Positions 61,060-64,000 of a DNA stretch of 64,000 nt are shown here, piece by piece (position 1 is the first letter of the stretch; each line of letters starts with the position of its first letter). Both the position numbers and the translations under genes were made by a program. Under the pieces are notes generated by a model. It was given only the letters and a program-made list of their open reading frames with translations, had not been told where the DNA came from and did no database searches. The DNA lies in the NCBI GenBank assembly GCA_963701355.1, contig CAVOZV010000015.1, positions 138,680-202,679 of the forward strand. Reading direction: 5' to 3'. This DNA is from an uncultured Actinomycetota bacterium (GTDB lineage: Bacteria; Actinomycetota; Actinomycetes; Propionibacteriales; Propionibacteriaceae).

Positions 61060-62688
61060 GTGGACGCGATCACCGACGTACCCTCACCGCGCAACGAACC
61101 GATCCTGAGCTACGCGCAGGGGAGTCCGGAGCGGGCGGAGATCGAGACCCGATTGGCGGAGCTGTCGGGTGCCGATCCGATGGAGCTGACCTCCGCGATC
61201 GGCGGTGATCGGCGCCCTGCCGGCGGGGAGCAGTTCGAGGTCACCATGCCGAGCGACCATGGGCACGTGCTCGGGGTTGCTCGGCATGCCAGCCAGGCTG
61301 ATGCGGCCGAGGCGATCGAGGCCGCGACGGATGCGGCCCACGACTGGGCGGCGACCAGCTTCGACGACCGGGCCGGCGTGTTCCTCCGAGCGGCCGAGCT
61401 GCTCGCCGGGCCGTGGCGGGCCACCCTGAACGCGGCGACGATGCTGGGCCAGGGCAAGACCGTGCAGCAGGCCGAGATCGACTCGGCCTGCGAGTTGATC
61501 GACTTCTGGCGGTTCAACGTCGGCTTCGCCCGGCAGATCCTGGCCGACCAGCCGATCTCGTCGCCCGGCGTCTGGAACCGGACCGACTACCGGCCGCTGG
61601 ATGGCTTCGTCTACGCGATCACCCCGTTCAACTTCACCGCCATCGCCGGGAATCTGCCGACCGCGCCCGCGCTGATGGGCAACACGGTGATCTGGAAGCC
61701 GAGCCCGACCCAGCAGCTCGCCGCGCAGGTGACCATGGATCTGCTGGAGGCGGCCGGCCTACCGCCTGGTGTGATCAACATGCTCCCCGGCGACGGGATC
61801 GCGGTCTCGGAGGTGGCCCTGTCCGACCCCCGGCTGGCCGGTATCCATTTCACCGGGTCGACCGCGACGTTCCAGCGGCTGTGGGGGACCGTCGGCCACA
61901 ACCTGGCGACGTACCGCAGCTATCCGCGGGTGGTCGGCGAAACCGGCGGCAAGGACTTCGTGGTGGTGCACCCGAGTGCGGATCCGGCCGTCACTATCAC
62001 CGCGCTGGTTCGCGGCGCGTTCGAGTACTCCGGACAGAAGTGCTCGGCGGCCTCCCGGACGTACGTCGCGCGCAGCGTCTGGCAGCAGATCCGCGACGAG
62101 TTGATCGAGACCACGAACGGACTCACCGTCGGCGACGTACGCGACCTGACGAACTTCACCTCGGCGGTGATCGACGCCCGCTCGTTCGCCAAGCAGGCAG
62201 ACGCGATCGACCGGGCGCGGGCGTCGTCCGACGCCGAGATCGTCGCCGGCGGGACGACCGACAACAGCACCGGCTGGTACGTCCGGCCGACCATCGTCGT
62301 CTCCGACAATCCGCGCAACGAGGTCTTCACCACCGAGTTCTTCGGCCCGATCCTCGGCGTCCACGTGTACGAGGACGCCGACTTCGCGCGCATCCTCGGC
62401 GAGGTCGACCAGGCGAGCGCGTACGGCCTGACCGGCTCGATCCTGGCCACCGAGCAGGCGGCGCTGCGCCAGGCGAGTGAGGCGCTGCGCCACGCGGCCG
62501 GAAACTTCTACCTCAACGACAAGCCGACCGGCGCGGTGGTCGGGCAGCAGCCGTTCGGCGGCTCGCGTGCTTCTGGTACCAACGACAAGGCCGGCTCGAT
62601 GTGGAATCTGATCCGCTGGGCCAGTCCGCGCTCGATCAAGGAGACCCTGGTCCCGGCAACGGACTACCGCTACCCCCACATGCTTTGA
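61060..62688 (+). CDS. pruA: L-glutamate gamma-semialdehyde (1-pyrroline-5-carboxylate) dehydrogenase
   Basis: 542 aa. Motifs: ITPFNFTAIAGNL, VIWKPSPTQ, HFTGSTATF, VVGETGGKD, and EYSGQKCSAASR (catalytic Cys). Confidence 0.9.
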   Translation: MDAITDVPSPRNEPILSYAQGSPERAEIETRLAELSGADPMELTSAIGGDRRPAGGEQFEVTMPSDHGHVLGVARHASQADAAEAIEAATDAAHDWAATSFDDRAGVFLRAAELLAGPWRATLNAATMLGQGKTVQQAEIDSACELIDFWRFNVGFARQILADQPISSPGVWNRTDYRPLDGFVYAITPFNFTAIAGNLPTAPALMGNTVIWKPSPTQQLAAQVTMDLLEAAGLPPGVINMLPGDGIAVSEVALSDPRLAGIHFTGSTATFQRLWGTVGHNLATYRSYPRVVGETGGKDFVVVHPSADPAVTITALVRGAFEYSGQKCSAASRTYVARSVWQQIRDELIETTNGLTVGDVRDLTNFTSAVIDARSFAKQADAIDRARASSDAEIVAGGTTDNSTGWYVRPTIVVSDNPRNEVFTTEFFGPILGVHVYEDADFARILGEVDQASAYGLTGSILATEQAALRQASEALRHAAGNFYLNDKPTGAVVGQQPFGGSRASGTNDKAGSMWNLIRWASPRSIKETLVPATDYRYPHML

Positions 62689-62702
62689 TCCGGCCCGACG
62701 AA

Positions 62703-62776
62703 CTCTGCACCCCCTGCAACGGTCTGCACCGCCTATAGAGGATGCAGATCCGCGCAGGGGGTGCAAAGGTCGCGGT
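62703..62776. repeat. Family-2 nested stem-loop element, copy B (likely bidirectional terminator)
   Basis: A perfect 12-bp outer stem pairs TGCACCCCCTGC (62705-62716) with GCAGGGGGTGCA (62755-62766). It encloses an inner hairpin, GGTCTGCACC...GATGCAGATC. The element begins 15 nt after the pruA stop, between convergent genes. Confidence 0.8.
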
Positions 62777-62784
62777 GCTCGGGA

Positions 62785-63225
62785 TCACCAGCCCTTGATC
62801 ATGCCGATGGCCCAGCTGGCCATGCCGACGAGCAGGGCGACGAGGGACCCGAAGGCCAGGCGGACCTCGGCTGGTCCCGCAGTCTCCTGATCGACGCGAG
62901 ACAGCTGCCGCCGGTTGCTGCGCCACCAGAGCAGCGCCGATCCGATCGCGGCCATCGCCCCGGCGATCGCCACCGGGTGCCCGAGCACGAGGGCGACGAC
63001 CAGCAGCACCACCCCGAGCACTCCCAGCCCGACGACAGTGCCGGAGACACCGGCCCGCGCCAACCGCCCCGGTGGCCCCGCGGCAGCGGCACGCTTGCGG
63101 CCGGCCTCCCGGAGGTACTCACTCATCGCGCCGGGCCGGTCCGCGACATTCGTGGTCACGCCCGGAAGTTCGTCGGGACCAGCGCCGCCCGGGCGGTGCT
63201 CCGCTGCGTTCGCGTCGTCGTCCAT
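62785..63225 (-). CDS. Hypothetical membrane protein
   Basis: 146 aa, with helices VVGLGVLGVVLLVVALVLG, VAIAGAMAAIGSALLWW and FGSLVALLVGMASWAIGMI. Confidence 0.55.
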   Translation of the reverse strand: MDDDANAAEHRPGGAGPDELPGVTTNVADRPGAMSEYLREAGRKRAAAAGPPGRLARAGVSGTVVGLGVLGVVLLVVALVLGHPVAIAGAMAAIGSALLWWRSNRRQLSRVDQETAGPAEVRLAFGSLVALLVGMASWAIGMIKGW

Positions 63226-63329
63226 AGAACACCGCTACGACCGCCTCCGCGGCCTTGCGGGTCGACGCGGAGCGACGACGCATCCACCCAGACGCCGCTG
63301 GACCCTCGATGTACCTCCGGGCGCAACCA

Positions 63330-63800
63330 CTAGCCGGCGAGCCAGCTGTCGCCGACCTTCTGCTGGACCCGGAAGCCGGCCAGCACGGCGGGGGCGGCGG
63401 CCTCCTCCATCTTCTTGCCGACGAAGGGGATGTTCACCTTCAGCTGGCCGGTCAGCTGCACCCGGGTGCCGGGGCCACCAGGCCCGAGCGCCAGCGAGCC
63501 GTTCATCGTCACCGGCTGCCCGGGGATGCTCAGCTTCAGCTCGCCGCTCCGCGAGCCGTCGCCCTGGTCCGGCCCCCAGCTCACCTCCTCGACCACGGGC
63601 AGATCAGGTCCGGTGAACCTGGCCGCGGCCGCCGGCGACTTCAGGGTCCGATGGGTCTTGGTCTTCACGCCGGTCACGGAGACGTCGTACGCGCTCGCCT
63701 CACTCGCCTCGCAGACCTGCTCGAGGAAGTCGGGATCGGTCATCATCGCGTACACGCGGGCCGGCTCGGCGGCGAACTCGATGGTCGAGGAGATGTCCAC
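63330..63800 (-). CDS. DUF2505-like (SRPBCC-fold) protein
   Basis: 156 aa: MDISSTIEFAAEPARVYAMMTDPDFLEQVCEAS... The family call is from memory. Confidence 0.55.
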   Translation of the reverse strand: MDISSTIEFAAEPARVYAMMTDPDFLEQVCEASEASAYDVSVTGVKTKTHRTLKSPAAAARFTGPDLPVVEEVSWGPDQGDGSRSGELKLSIPGQPVTMNGSLALGPGGPGTRVQLTGQLKVNIPFVGKKMEEAAAPAVLAGFRVQQKVGDSWLAG

Positions 63801-63927
63801 CGCGTCATCATGCCATCCCGGTGATCAGACACTCTGGTCCCCGAGTCGTGCCTCATCGCCCGGTCCGTCGTAGTGTCGGTTCCAGCTCACGACGCCGTGG
63901 GCGCGGGACAGCAACACAGAGGACGTC

Positions 63928-64000
63928 GTGACCACATTCGAGCTGGAGCAGGAGCACCAGAAGGCCGAGAAGCTGGCGGAGGTGGCCTCGCGGGGCACGG
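63928..64000 (+). CDS. Start of an unidentified CDS running off the right edge
   Basis: GTG 63928 follows AGAGGA. The ORF (VTTFELEQEHQKAEKLAEVASRGT...) stays open to the window end. Confidence 0.3.
   Translation, partial: MTTFELEQEHQKAEKLAEVASRGT

Overview
This is a high-GC (about 70% by eye) actinobacterial chromosomal segment. It is gene-dense and has core-genome synteny: aceE; mtrA-mtrB-lpqB-comF-hpf ... secA; pruA. No rRNA, tRNA, CRISPR array, transposase or integrase was recognised. All family names come from reading motifs in the supplied translations; no database search was run.

Content from left to right:
- A urate/ureide catabolism cluster: allE, uraD, uraH, uox and an NCS2 urate/xanthine permease. 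A LuxR-type two-component pair and a membrane protein sit between allE and uraD.
- aceE, sppA, an Acg-type nitroreductase and a large Orn/Lys/Arg-family decarboxylase.
- A five-gene SWIM / DUF5691 / YehL-type MoxR AAA+ / DUF5682 / VWA module.
- Malic enzyme, VanZ-like, YqgE/AlgH and a truncated DUF58 gene.
- mtrAB-lpqB, comF, hpf, a DUF559-like gene, an AlkZ/YcaQ-like glycosylase, a GT1 glycosyltransferase, secA, DUF3048 and an Rv3235-like gene.
- A GntR / oxidoreductase / membrane / cupredoxin-lipoprotein unit, a WS/DGAT acyltransferase and an orphan ku.
- A holin-X / DUF3618 / YihY trio.
- A tightly coupled ADH-SDR-GT-PIG-L deacetylase-methyltransferase-ACAD-like-GT2 operon, then GNAT, pruA and two small genes.

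Most notable observations:
1. The SWIM/DUF5691/AAA+/DUF5682/VWA module (16.3-23.9 kb) is a conserved machine with no assigned function. Here it is split by a small divergent XRE-HTH and micro-membrane-protein insert.
2. The GT / PIG-L / MT / ACAD-like / GT2 operon (53.7-60.3 kb) follows GlcNAc-transfer-then-deacetylation logic but has no known product.
3. There are at least three families of structured intergenic repeats. One is a ~90-nt palindromic element with an invariant 37-nt spacer, present four times, and two inverted copies bracket the DUF559-like gene.
4. Frameshifts, one amber stop and two gene truncation/fusion junctions are unusually dense and strongly clustered. They hit even secA and aceE. 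This must be resolved as assembly error versus real gene decay before any biological reading.
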